A DNA stretch of 58,846 nt from Parcubacteria group bacterium (GTDB lineage Bacteria > Patescibacteriota > Minisyncoccia > Moranbacterales > UBA11712), in assembly GCA_041659065.1 (NCBI GenBank), contig JBAZYY010000001.1:1-58846 (forward strand), given 5' to 3'. The notes below the pieces were generated by a model that did no database searches, was not told the origin of the DNA, and saw only the letters and a list, made by a program, of their open reading frames with translations. The translations under genes and the position numbers were made by a program. This document shows, one piece after another, positions 25,835-36,038 of the stretch (position 1 is its first letter; every line of letters begins with the position of its first letter).

Positions 25835-28465
25835 ATGATTGTTTGCACTTCAGTTTGCTCAAATTACATACCAAAAGCTAAGGTGTTGGCTAAATCCTTA
25901 AAGATGACGAATCCTAAGGTAAAATTCGTCGTCTGTCTCGCGGAGCGCAAGATTCCTGATTTTGCTAAGGATTTTGAATTTTTTGATGAGGTCGTACTCG
26001 CTAAGGATCTTGGTTTTGAAAATTTTGACAAATATATTTTTAAGCATTCAATCGTTGAGGCCTCCACTTCAGTTAAAGGCCAACTCTTCAAATACTTGTT
26101 TAAAAAATACGAAACCGAAAGTAAATTTGTATATCTTGATCCGGACATAGAGGTGTTTAGTGAATTAAGAGAGCTGGATACCTTACTTAATGAAAAATCT
26201 ATCGTTTTAATTCCTCATATTACTGCGCCGGAAGACAGTATTGAAGCGGTGATTGACAATGAGTTATGCGCGTTGAGGCACGGCACTTATAATCTTGGAT
26301 TTCTTGCCGTTCGAAATGACACAGAGGGTAATAAATTTATAAATTGGTGGACAGATAGACTTCGTATGTTTTGCTACGATAATATTCCAATGGGCATTTT
26401 CACCGATCAGCGTTGGGTTGATCTGGCTCCAAGTTTTTTTGATGTGTTTGTTCTCAAACATCCTGGTTATGACATTGCACCTTGGAATATTTCACATAGA
26501 AAGATTACAGAGACGAATGAAGATATATATTTAGTAAATGGAGAACCGCTAAGATTTTTTCACTTTTCAGGTTTCGACTCTGGCGCGAATGAGGCGATGG
26601 TGAAAAAGTATGTTCCAAACAAGAAAGATCCAATCTATAAGATTAGAAAAGAATATATTGCAGAGTTGGACATGGCGGGCCAGGTTGAATATGGGAAGTA
26701 TCCATGGGATTACGCTTATTTTACAAGTGGGGAAAAAATTTCCGATAAAATTCGGTTGATATACAGATCAGACGAAAAACTTCAAGAAAAAATTAATTTT
26801 CCCTTCAATGTTTCAAGCGGGGTAATTACGTCTTTCTCTGAGAATATTGATTCCAGCGGCGTATATTCAGCGATTTCAAGTAACTTTGAAGATGAGAACT
26901 TAAGGGAACATTTGGGTAGGCTGGAGCGCGAAATACAATATTTTAAAAACTCTAAGTTTTGGAAGGCAAGGAATATCTATCTGAAATTGAAATTTGTTGT
27001 GCTTTCACCGCGCAAATTTATAAAAAAATATTACTCCAAAGCAAAATATCTTTTTTTCTCATACCACTCCTTTTTTAAACAAGAAGGCTTTATAAAAGCC
27101 AATCATAGACTTTCAAATTATGTTAGGCATGGCAAAGGATTTCTTGAAAAAACCACGGGCATGGACAATATATATTCCAATAAATCTCTCTCTGAGGCTG
27201 TTGGGTATTTAAATATTGTTTTAAGGAAAAATAGCCATTTTGGTGAAGCTCTGAAAGTAGCATCTGAAAAAAATGAAGAATATGACGATTCTATTGAAAA
27301 ACAAATTTCTTCCGATTCATCGAGAAAGATACGGGATTTATTGCGAATGATTATTTCTGCAAATGGCGCCAAAAAAGGCCACCCGATACTTTTTTTCGAC
27401 CATGAAATTGGAGGCGGCACAAATTTGTTTCGTGAAAATTTTATTAAGGAAAATATTTCTTTGGGTAAAAAAATTATTCTTGCCACTTATAATATGTCAG
27501 AAGGAATATATCACCTGAGATATTGCGAGGATCGGGCAGTTTTTGAATTTGTGTTCAACGACTTAAGCGAATTGAGGGATTTATTAAAGTTGATAAAGAT
27601 CGACAGAATAGTTTTGAGCAGTATAGTGTCGTTTCCAGATCCTTTTCAGCTATTAAAACTAGCTAATGAGATGAAAGAAGTTTCAGAAATTAACCTGGAA
27701 ATCTTGATGCATGACTATTTTTGCGTTTGTCCCAATTTTGTACTAGTGAATCAGGATGACAAATTTTGTGGGTTGCCTGATTTAAAAGAATGCGCGACGT
27801 GCATAAAAGATAATCAAGGCGACTTCAGATTATTTACAAAAGAAAGGGATGTAAAGTCATGGCGACAACATTGGCAAAAAACACTGAAATTGGCGAATCA
27901 AGTAATTTGTTTTTCAAATTCTTCAAAAAGCATATTGAAAAGTGCCTATCCAGAATTAAATGATAACAATATAAAAGTCAGGCCGCACAAAGTCGAGTAT
28001 ATCGAAACACTTCAAAAGAAGAAAGGGATCAACAAAAAAAATATTATTATCGGGGTTCCTGGCAGAATAAGCCATGTAAAGGGAGCGAGTGTAATTCAGG
28101 AAGTGCTCAAAATAATCGAAAGAGAAAAACTAAATATAATAATCGTGATTATCGGTGAGTATAGTAGCCCCTTTGAAAGCAAAAATTTAATAGTTCATGG
28201 AGCTTACGAGCGCAAAAGATTACCAAAGCTAGCGCAAAGATACGAAGTTGATATTTTTTTCATTCCTTCAATCTGTCCGGAGACTTTTTCATATACCACT
28301 GAGGAGATCATGCAAATGGATTACCCATTGGCTGTTTTTGACCTTGGCGCTCCAGCCGAAAGGGTAAAATCATACAAAAAGGGAGTGATCATTCCCCGCA
28401 TAGATGCGAGAGAGGCGTTAGAATCAATAATTAGGATAAGTAAAGACAAATCGCAATGGGAGTAA
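25835..28465 (+). CDS. Large multidomain glycosyltransferase (GT-A-like N-terminal domain, coiled-coil/spacer, GT-B C-terminal domain)
   Basis: 876 aa. YLDPDIEVF (DxD) in the N-terminal domain, a central LEREIQYFKNSKFWKARN motif and a C-terminal GT4-like region. Confidence 0.78.
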   Translation: MIVCTSVCSNYIPKAKVLAKSLKMTNPKVKFVVCLAERKIPDFAKDFEFFDEVVLAKDLGFENFDKYIFKHSIVEASTSVKGQLFKYLFKKYETESKFVYLDPDIEVFSELRELDTLLNEKSIVLIPHITAPEDSIEAVIDNELCALRHGTYNLGFLAVRNDTEGNKFINWWTDRLRMFCYDNIPMGIFTDQRWVDLAPSFFDVFVLKHPGYDIAPWNISHRKITETNEDIYLVNGEPLRFFHFSGFDSGANEAMVKKYVPNKKDPIYKIRKEYIAELDMAGQVEYGKYPWDYAYFTSGEKISDKIRLIYRSDEKLQEKINFPFNVSSGVITSFSENIDSSGVYSAISSNFEDENLREHLGRLEREIQYFKNSKFWKARNIYLKLKFVVLSPRKFIKKYYSKAKYLFFSYHSFFKQEGFIKANHRLSNYVRHGKGFLEKTTGMDNIYSNKSLSEAVGYLNIVLRKNSHFGEALKVASEKNEEYDDSIEKQISSDSSRKIRDLLRMIISANGAKKGHPILFFDHEIGGGTNLFRENFIKENISLGKKIILATYNMSEGIYHLRYCEDRAVFEFVFNDLSELRDLLKLIKIDRIVLSSIVSFPDPFQLLKLANEMKEVSEINLEILMHDYFCVCPNFVLVNQDDKFCGLPDLKECATCIKDNQGDFRLFTKERDVKSWRQHWQKTLKLANQVICFSNSSKSILKSAYPELNDNNIKVRPHKVEYIETLQKKKGINKKNIIIGVPGRISHVKGASVIQEVLKIIEREKLNIIIVIIGEYSSPFESKNLIVHGAYERKRLPKLAQRYEVDIFFIPSICPETFSYTTEEIMQMDYPLAVFDLGAPAERVKSYKKGVIIPRIDAREALESIIRISKDKSQWE

Positions 28466-28650
28466 AAACTGCATTTAAATGAAATTTTAAAGAATTAGAG
28501 TTTATTAGTGTTCCTGATAAACTCAACTCGGTTGAAGTAGTAAGCTATTACAAGGGTTATAGGGCAAAATTTTGCTCAAGCATAGTGCTAGAAGGCTGGA
28601 TAAAAAAGGATGCTGACCTCTGAAAAGATCCTGTCGCGAGCAGAAGAGAA

Positions 28651-29301
28651 TTGATTACAAACTTATACATAAAGGGCAAAGGCATTGAAATAGGCGCTCT
28701 TCATAATCCTCTAATTGTGCCAGAATCGGCCAAAGTAAAATATGTTGACCGAATGACTGTTTTTGATCTGCGGGAACACTACTCAGAATTGAGTTCTCTG
28801 GATTTAGTTATTGTGGATATAATTTGCGATGGCGAAAAACTTGAAAAAATAGAAAATGATTCCCAGGATTTCGTAATTGCCAATCATTTTTTTGAACATT
28901 GCTAAAATCCATTATTAGCCCTGAAGAATATGTTGAGAGCAATTAAAGCTGGAGGAGTAGTATATCTCGCCGTTCCAGATAAACGATATACCTTTGATGT
29001 TGACAGACCAGTTACCAATTTTAGACATCTTGAAAATGACTTTTTGAATGATCCGGAAATTTCAAAAAAGATTCATTTTGAAGAATGGGTAGAACGTGTC
29101 AAAAAAATAAAAGATGAGAAAGTAAAAAAGAATAGGGTATTCGAACTTATGAATATGGATTACAGCATTCATTTCCACGTCTAGGCACAGCACGAGATCT
29201 TGGATTTTTTAGTCAAGGCAAAAAAATTCTTTGATTTTGAAGTTGAGATGTTTTGCAAGAACGGACACGAAATTATTGTCATTCTGTCTAAGTCGATTTA
29301 G
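28651..29301 (+). pseudogene. Decayed class I SAM methyltransferase gene with two in-frame stops
   Basis: Three ORF pieces share one frame and read as one methyltransferase (GIEIGAL ... HFFEHC*NPLLALKNMLRAIKAGGVVYLAVPD ... YSIHFHV*AQHEIL). The in-frame stops are TAA at 28903-28905 and TAG at 29182-29184. Confidence 0.75.
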
Positions 29302-29484
29302 CTTCTACTATTTATTATGATACTTACGCTTCTATTAAATATCCTAAAATTGTTTATTTGAAAGCTTTCCATTTTATCGGTGGGATTAATTCTTGGTTTT
29401 TTAAGATTCTCTTACCCATAAATATATCCGAAAAATACTTTAAGGCAATAAGCAATTATAATTTTTTAATACGGTGAGAGCATT

Positions 29485-30861
29485 ATGAATGCACGACAAA
29501 GAGTAATTTTTTACTTAGCGAAAGGAAATAAATATTGTTTTTTAGCGATTCCTTTGTTTATTTCTCTAGGGGTCGCCGCGTTATTCTATCCAGGATTTAT
29601 GTCGTATGACACTTTGCATGCACTTCGCAGCGCAAGAAATGGAGTAACAGATTCCATGTGGCCACCGATGGTTAGCTATGTTTGGCGTGCTGTTGATTTG
29701 ATATCATTAAATCCATCAGCAATGCATTTTACACAAGTTTTTCTATCATTAGGGTCTATTTTTTATATAATATTTTATTTTACAAAAAAAATAAGTATAG
29801 CAACATTGTTTTTACTTATTTATTTAAGTATTCCTGTAATATTAGGTACGATAGCTGTTATCTGGAAGGATGTATTAATGGCATCTTTCTTTTTTGCTAG
29901 TTTTTCAATTATTTTATTGATGAGGAAAATAGAAAAGAAATGGCAGTTTATTTTATTATCTATTTTAGTTGTTTTTTTGATATTTTTAGGAGTTTGTTCA
30001 CGACATAATGCTATTACTGCAGCTATCCCAATAATATTTTATTTCACATTTATTATATGCTCTCGTAAATTTTATCGCCCTATACATTTGTGGTTGGGTA
30101 TTATTGTATTGGGTTCAATATTAACTGGTTCTATTTATTTTACAAAAACATTACTAGATAATTATTCTCTTCCTAGTTTTAATAAAATCAATAATAGCAC
30201 TGATGTCTTTATTCAATCCGTGAGAGTTCTTGATGTTGCTGGAGCAAGTGTTTGTGTTGGTAGTAATCTTTTTGCTGAGATGGCACCAAATTTATCTCTT
30301 GCTGAAATTCGTAGCCTGTATAATCCAAAGCATATAAATCTGTCGGCGGGGCTGTTAGAAAAGATAGGAGTCGATAATAGAATCAATAGAATATGGTTTA
30401 ATAGCGCTGTTCATCATCCGATTTGTTTTTTAAATAACAAATTTCAACTAACTGAATATTTAATTGGTGCTAATAAAGGAGATCAATTTCTAATTACATC
30501 TGCGGCTATTGATAATAATGAATATGGTTATAGTTTGTCAAAATCACCCCAGCGGGATAACGTGGTGGCTTACATAATTAAAGCTTCTGCGTTGCCATTT
30601 TTCAGGCCTTGGTTTATATATTTAATTTCGATCGCGGCTTTAATTTATATGATTAGGTCTAAATTGTTAACGGGTGCCTACTTGACGATTCTCCTATCAG
30701 CCTTCTTTTATTTAGCCAGTCTTGTATTAATGGGGAATGCGGCTGATGCTAGACTGCCTTTCTATACAACGACCGTTCTTTTAATATTCATATTCGTTTC
30801 TGTTTCAGAATTCATAAAAAGGTATAAATTAAAAAGAGCCATCAGGGGTGGGTGCAAATAA
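29485..30861 (+). CDS. Polytopic membrane protein (possible GT-C or polymerase-type enzyme)
   Basis: 458 aa with at least 9 hydrophobic helices, in a very AT-rich block. Family not recognised. Confidence 0.65.
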   Translation: MNARQRVIFYLAKGNKYCFLAIPLFISLGVAALFYPGFMSYDTLHALRSARNGVTDSMWPPMVSYVWRAVDLISLNPSAMHFTQVFLSLGSIFYIIFYFTKKISIATLFLLIYLSIPVILGTIAVIWKDVLMASFFFASFSIILLMRKIEKKWQFILLSILVVFLIFLGVCSRHNAITAAIPIIFYFTFIICSRKFYRPIHLWLGIIVLGSILTGSIYFTKTLLDNYSLPSFNKINNSTDVFIQSVRVLDVAGASVCVGSNLFAEMAPNLSLAEIRSLYNPKHINLSAGLLEKIGVDNRINRIWFNSAVHHPICFLNNKFQLTEYLIGANKGDQFLITSAAIDNNEYGYSLSKSPQRDNVVAYIIKASALPFFRPWFIYLISIAALIYMIRSKLLTGAYLTILLSAFFYLASLVLMGNAADARLPFYTTTVLLIFIFVSVSEFIKRYKLKRAIRGGCK

Positions 30862-30974
30862 TAATCAGGCTAATCGATTAGAGGTTATACGTTAAACTAT
30901 ATTGCAGATTTTAAATATGATAAATTATAAATTAATAAGTGTGTAATAGCTGAATGAGTAAAATCTAAAAATTA

Positions 30975-32573
30975 ATGGAAAATAAATATTTTTCTTATAT
31001 TACAGAAATAAAATATTGGAAAAAGATAATCTTACTTGTTATAATTATTGCTGTTTGCTATTATATTTCTTTAAGGTTTATTTTTCCTGGTCATTTTGAT
31101 CCTCTGATACCGCAAAATTATGATTACTTTTGGACATACAATGGGGTATCTTCTTTGCCTTGGGCAAAAGTATTCACATGCCCTAGGCCCATTGGTTTTT
31201 TTATGCTCAAAATTGTTGGCATCCTAGGGATGAGTGGAGCGATTATTTTTTTAATACTATTTAATTTTCTTAATATCTTGCTGACAATTATTTTTGTAAA
31301 AAAGATAAGTAATATTAAAATTTATTGGCCCATCATTCTTATTTATTTATTTTTAATATTTTCTCAGCCAGGATTTTATTTCAATTATACATATGATTTT
31401 TTTGATACGATAGCGTATTTTTTTGTAATAGCAACAATGCTAATCTGGTTAGGAATAGGGGAAAAATTAACTCCAATTCTCTTGGCTTTTCTGTCTATTT
31501 TAATAGGACTAAGCTTTTTTTCAAAAGAAACATATGTTGTTACGCTGCTGATTTTTTGGGCATATCAGTTTACTTTCAAAAAAAATAAAATACGGAGAAA
31601 TGCAGCAATTATGTTCCTTATTACCTCAAGTATTTTCATTACGGTATTAATTCATGGTCGTCTTTCCCAAAGTATTTGGATTGATTTCGCTTCAAGTGCA
31701 GACAGCCCATACTTTACTAATTTTAATCCGTTTTCAATATGGGAAACCTTTTGTTTTTATATGGGTGGGTGGGGAAATGCAGGAGCGATATCCATAATTG
31801 CACTTTCTCTGCTTATAGTAGTTTTTAATAAGAAATATTTAAAGGAATTTTTATTGCTTTTGTTTATGGGTATTGCGGCATATGTACCTTATTCTATTTT
31901 GCCTAACCATAAATACGGATTTTATTTTTGGCTGGGAATTCCATTGAGTTACGGCGTTATTATGTTGGCGCATCCTGATATGATTAACACCTTTTTGATA
32001 AAAGTAAAAAATAAAAAAACAGCCGCTATTTTTAATGCTGTTTTTATTATTGTATTTATAGTTCTAGCTGTTTTTTCTTTGAAAAAAAACATGAATCAAA
32101 AGAAAGGTATATTTTGGGCACCTAGTATGGAAATGGAACAAGTTAACAAAAATGTTATGTCTAGTTTTCCTATTTTAAAAAATAATATTGAAGATAATGA
32201 TAAAATTTTAATTACAGGAATGGATGTTGCGCGGCATCCATTCTCATGTCAACATGATCTGGTAGATGTTTATTTCAATAGAAAAAATGATTTTATTGAA
32301 AATTATTTTGGCAATAACCACGACTGGACTATTTTTAAACACACACAAAATTTAGATAAAAGTTGTGGTTCGATTAGCTATACTAATGATAGTAACTTAG
32401 ATTTGACTAGCTATGATAAAATATTTATTTTCGAGAATGATGAAAAGCTTATGAAAATAGTAAGCAAAGACGAAGTAATGTCACGAAAGGATTCCAAAAT
32501 TGGCAACGTATCTTATTATGAAGCAATTCTGAATCCTGAGTTATTTAATAACAATAGTCGGGTCTCAAATTAG
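30975..32573 (+). CDS. Polytopic membrane protein (possible GT-C type) with a C-terminal soluble domain
   Basis: 532 aa with at least 10 hydrophobic helices followed by a soluble tail of about 170 aa, a layout typical of GT-C enzymes. Family not recognised. Confidence 0.65.
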   Translation: MENKYFSYITEIKYWKKIILLVIIIAVCYYISLRFIFPGHFDPLIPQNYDYFWTYNGVSSLPWAKVFTCPRPIGFFMLKIVGILGMSGAIIFLILFNFLNILLTIIFVKKISNIKIYWPIILIYLFLIFSQPGFYFNYTYDFFDTIAYFFVIATMLIWLGIGEKLTPILLAFLSILIGLSFFSKETYVVTLLIFWAYQFTFKKNKIRRNAAIMFLITSSIFITVLIHGRLSQSIWIDFASSADSPYFTNFNPFSIWETFCFYMGGWGNAGAISIIALSLLIVVFNKKYLKEFLLLLFMGIAAYVPYSILPNHKYGFYFWLGIPLSYGVIMLAHPDMINTFLIKVKNKKTAAIFNAVFIIVFIVLAVFSLKKNMNQKKGIFWAPSMEMEQVNKNVMSSFPILKNNIEDNDKILITGMDVARHPFSCQHDLVDVYFNRKNDFIENYFGNNHDWTIFKHTQNLDKSCGSISYTNDSNLDLTSYDKIFIFENDEKLMKIVSKDEVMSRKDSKIGNVSYYEAILNPELFNNNSRVSN

Positions 32574-32645
32574 AAAGAAAAAAGGAAGTCACGGTTTTGC
32601 AAAAACATTTTTTTAAAAAGAAGAAGATTGTAAAAATTCGTGTAA

Positions 32646-33062
32646 TTAAAAGACAAGTTTTTTGTTTAGTAAGAAGGAAGTGATTCCTATTGGTAAAGTC
32701 ATAATTGCTCCTGCAATGTAAGCGCTTATGTGAAAATGGATTAAAATGCCAACGCTAGTCGTGAATAATAAATAGGTTATCGCATAAACTCCGATAAAGC
32801 GGAAAATCAAGGTACTGTTTTTATTCAAGAATACAAATCTTCCTATAGTTTGAAAATTGAATAATATTCCACATATTGTTGCGAATAATATTGCTATTGG
32901 ATAACGGAATCCTATAAATATAAAAAGAGAAAAAACTAAATAACCAAATATAGTATTTGCTCCGCTGGCAATAATAAATCTTATAAATTGTTTATTAATC
33001 AGCTTAATTATGTATATTTTAGAATTTTTATAAAAAGTATAATTATCATTTATTTCTATCAT
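32646..33062 (-). CDS. GtrA family membrane protein (polyprenol-phosphate-sugar flippase-like)
   Basis: 138 aa with 4 TM helices and the FIRFIIASGANTIFGY motif. Confidence 0.8.
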   Translation of the reverse strand: MIEINDNYTFYKNSKIYIIKLINKQFIRFIIASGANTIFGYLVFSLFIFIGFRYPIAILFATICGILFNFQTIGRFVFLNKNSTLIFRFIGVYAITYLLFTTSVGILIHFHISAYIAGAIMTLPIGITSFLLNKKLVF

Positions 33063-33066
33063 AATT

Positions 33067-34005
33067 TTAAAAATTTATTCTTTCTTTTTCAATGACTAAT
33101 GGTTGATTTTTTACCTGTGTATATATGGATGCTATATATTCTCCTATTATTCCGGTAAATAGAAGTTGAATAGATGAAACAAAGAAAAATCCAATAACAA
33201 GGGGTGCAACCCCCACTTCAAAACTTCTCCAATAAATTATTTTATATATAAAATAAATAGTTGCCACGGTGAAACTAATAAAAGCTCCAATAAACCCAAT
33301 GAAACTTGCTAGTCTGATAGGGAGTTTGGAGTGATTTACAAAAGCAAGCATAGCTATATCATAAAGAGTATAGAAATTATTGTTTGTCTTTCCAGCTTTT
33401 CGTTTAGGTTGAGTAAATTCGATTTCTTTTATGTTGGAACCAAACTTAGCGACTAATCCTCTGAAATAAGGATATGGTTCATTTAAACTTCGCAGAATAT
33501 CAATAAATTTCTTATCATATAGACCAAAGCCAGTAAAGTTTTTGATATATTCTGTTTCAGACATCTTTTCGCTCAACCAATAAAATAATTTACGAACAAG
33601 AAACATTAATGGATTTTCTTTACTCTTATTCTTAATACCGATAACAATATCGAATCCATTTTCCCACTCCTTAATAAAATTACTAATCATATCTGGAGGA
33701 TCCTGAAAATCAGCAGCCATCAAAACAATTGCGTCACCTTCTGCTTGAAGTAGACCATAAAAAGGGGAACAAATATGACCAAAGTTTTTCATATTTACAA
33801 TAATCTTTATTCTTTTATCTTCACTAGCCATTTTTTTTAGAATATTAACAGTTGAATCTGTTGAAGCATTATCAATAAAGATATGCTCAAATAAATATTC
33901 TGGATTATCTTGAAATACTTTTTCTACACTATCAAATAGATTTTGAACATTACCCTCCTCATTGAAACATGGTGTTACTACTGAAATAATTTTTTTATCG
34001 TTCAT
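33067..34005 (-). CDS. Polyprenol-phosphate glycosyltransferase, GT2 (GtrB/DPM1/ArnC-like)
   Basis: ISVVTPCFNEEGNV ... IDNASTDST ... MAADFQDPP, plus two C-terminal TM helices. Confidence 0.87.
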   Translation of the reverse strand: MNDKKIISVVTPCFNEEGNVQNLFDSVEKVFQDNPEYLFEHIFIDNASTDSTVNILKKMASEDKRIKIIVNMKNFGHICSPFYGLLQAEGDAIVLMAADFQDPPDMISNFIKEWENGFDIVIGIKNKSKENPLMFLVRKLFYWLSEKMSETEYIKNFTGFGLYDKKFIDILRSLNEPYPYFRGLVAKFGSNIKEIEFTQPKRKAGKTNNNFYTLYDIAMLAFVNHSKLPIRLASFIGFIGAFISFTVATIYFIYKIIYWRSFEVGVAPLVIGFFFVSSIQLLFTGIIGEYIASIYTQVKNQPLVIEKERINF

Positions 34006-34254
34006 GATGCATATTATGGCTCTAAACCAATAGGATAGAGCTATGATTAATGATACTTTAATAATATCATTTTAGGCCATATTTGGATAGGATAGGGGAT
34101 TTGACGCAATGTGTATTCTGCTGATAAAATAAAAAAAGAATATAGCGTGTTTCAGAAAAAAGATGCTTGGTTCTTGTATCCTTTTATGTGTTTTTTTACT
34201 TTGAGTTGCTGGTGGTTTTTTATAAAAAAATATTTAATTAAATAATATTATATT

Positions 34255-35040
34255 ATGAAGACAATAATTCTTTGCGGAGGACAGGGGACGAGGATGAAAG
34301 AAGAAACGGAATTTAAACCGAAGCCATTGGTAAATGTTGGCGGTAAGCCAATTTTATGGCACATCATGAAAATCTACGCCCATTACGGATATAATGAATT
34401 CATACTAGCGCTCGGTTATCGTGGTGACATGCTCAAAGAATGGTTTCTTCACTGGCGGACTCTTTCTGATAATTTTACCTTAAGTACGAAAGATAACGAA
34501 ATAACTTTTCACAACAATGGTTGCGATGACTTCAAAATAACATTTGTGGAAACCGGCTTAGAAACTCTAACCGGAGAAAGGGTTAGAAGATTAAAGGAAT
34601 ATATTGGTGATGAAGACTTTATGGTAACTTATGGCGATGGTGTGGCTGATATTGATATTGCTGAGCTAGTAGCTTTCCATAATAATCAAAATACGATTGG
34701 CACAATAACTGGGGTGAGAAAAGAGGGGCGTTTCGGATTACTTGATTATAATAAGGAATCTAAAAAAATTAATGATTTTTATCAGGCTAATATCTCTGAC
34801 GCCCTTGAGGCTCAATCGCAGGATTTAATCAATGGTGGTTTCATGGTTTTTAAGAATGAATTTTTAAGCCTTATTAAACCAGATACGATGATTGAACAAG
34901 CTTTTGATCCAATGGCAACCAAGGGGGAATTATCAATGTTTGAACATACAGGGAAGTGGCAGTGCATGGATACTTATAAAGAAGTCGAAGAACTCAATAA
35001 GAGCTGGATTAACGATCCTTTCTGGAAAATTTGGGAGTAA
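34255..35040 (+). CDS. rfbF: Glucose-1-phosphate cytidylyltransferase
   Basis: MKTIILCGGQGTRMKEETEFKPKPLVNVGGKPILWHIMKIYAHYG is collinear with RfbF/DdhA. Confidence 0.92.
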   Translation: MKTIILCGGQGTRMKEETEFKPKPLVNVGGKPILWHIMKIYAHYGYNEFILALGYRGDMLKEWFLHWRTLSDNFTLSTKDNEITFHNNGCDDFKITFVETGLETLTGERVRRLKEYIGDEDFMVTYGDGVADIDIAELVAFHNNQNTIGTITGVRKEGRFGLLDYNKESKKINDFYQANISDALEAQSQDLINGGFMVFKNEFLSLIKPDTMIEQAFDPMATKGELSMFEHTGKWQCMDTYKEVEELNKSWINDPFWKIWE

Positions 35041-35072
35041 ACATTCTTCCAAGAATAATTAGTTACAAAAAT

Positions 35073-36035
35073 ATGAAAAACTATTTTAAGGGGAAAAATG
35101 TACTGATTACCGGCGCAACAGGCTTGGTAGGTGGGCATATTGCTGAAAAATTAGTGGAGCAAGGAGCAGTGGTTTTTATTACCAGGCGGGCAAGAGACCC
35201 CCGTTCTTATTTTGCTGAAAAAAAATTAGATAAAAAGACTGTATCTGCCATCTGCGATATTAAAGATTATGATCGTGTCTTCGATATTATTTCTAAATAT
35301 GAAATTGAATATATTTTTCATGTTGCCGCTCAGCCAATAGTTCCAACCGCTTTTATTAATCCCAAAGAAGCTTTAGGAACTAATATCATGGGAACGGTAA
35401 ATGTCCTGGAGGCGGCACGGCATTGTTCAAACATCAAGGGAATAGTGGTCGCTTCAAGCGATAAAGCATATGGAAAGAAATGTGATAACGCAACTGAAGA
35501 TGCGCCGATGGCAGGGGATCATCCGTATGATGTTTCCAAGTCGTGTGCTGATTTGATCGCCAGGACTTATGCTAAAACTTATGGATTGCCAACAGCTGTG
35601 AGCCGTTTTGGAAATATTTATGGTCCAGGAGATTTAAATATTAATCGTATTATTCCGGGAATGATGAGGGCTCTTGTTCTTGATGAAACTTTAGAATTAA
35701 GGAGCGACGGAACTTTTATCCGGGATTATGTTTATGTGAAAGATGTTGCTGACGGGTATATCTTGTTGATGGAAAATATTGACAAATTCAAAGGTGAGGC
35801 TTTTAATTTCAGTACCGGATATAATTTTTCAGTTTTAGAGTTAATAGAAAAAGTTTCAAAAGTCGTTGGAGCCGAATGTAAATACACAATAATCGATAAC
35901 CAAAAGAACGAGATTCCTTCTCAGAGCTTGAATTATGAAAAGGCGACCAATGTCCTGGGTTGGAAATCCACATATACTTTTGAAGAGGGAATAAGGGAAA
36001 CTTTTGAATGGTATAAGAAATATTTGAGAATGTGA
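35073..36035 (+). CDS. rfbG: CDP-glucose 4,6-dehydratase
   Basis: Extended SDR with GATGLVGGH and YDVSK, placed directly after rfbF. The ATG at 35073 is preferred over the TTG at 35031. Confidence 0.88.
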   Translation: MKNYFKGKNVLITGATGLVGGHIAEKLVEQGAVVFITRRARDPRSYFAEKKLDKKTVSAICDIKDYDRVFDIISKYEIEYIFHVAAQPIVPTAFINPKEALGTNIMGTVNVLEAARHCSNIKGIVVASSDKAYGKKCDNATEDAPMAGDHPYDVSKSCADLIARTYAKTYGLPTAVSRFGNIYGPGDLNINRIIPGMMRALVLDETLELRSDGTFIRDYVYVKDVADGYILLMENIDKFKGEAFNFSTGYNFSVLELIEKVSKVVGAECKYTIIDNQKNEIPSQSLNYEKATNVLGWKSTYTFEEGIRETFEWYKKYLRM

Positions 36036-36038
36036 TTT

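Noticed and set aside
28903-29184. In-frame TAA and TAG as evidence of an alternative genetic code or programmed read-through
   Set aside because: About 50 other genes in the window end at TAA, TAG or TGA at lengths expected for their families, and no other gene shows in-frame stops. Pseudogenisation is the simpler explanation.
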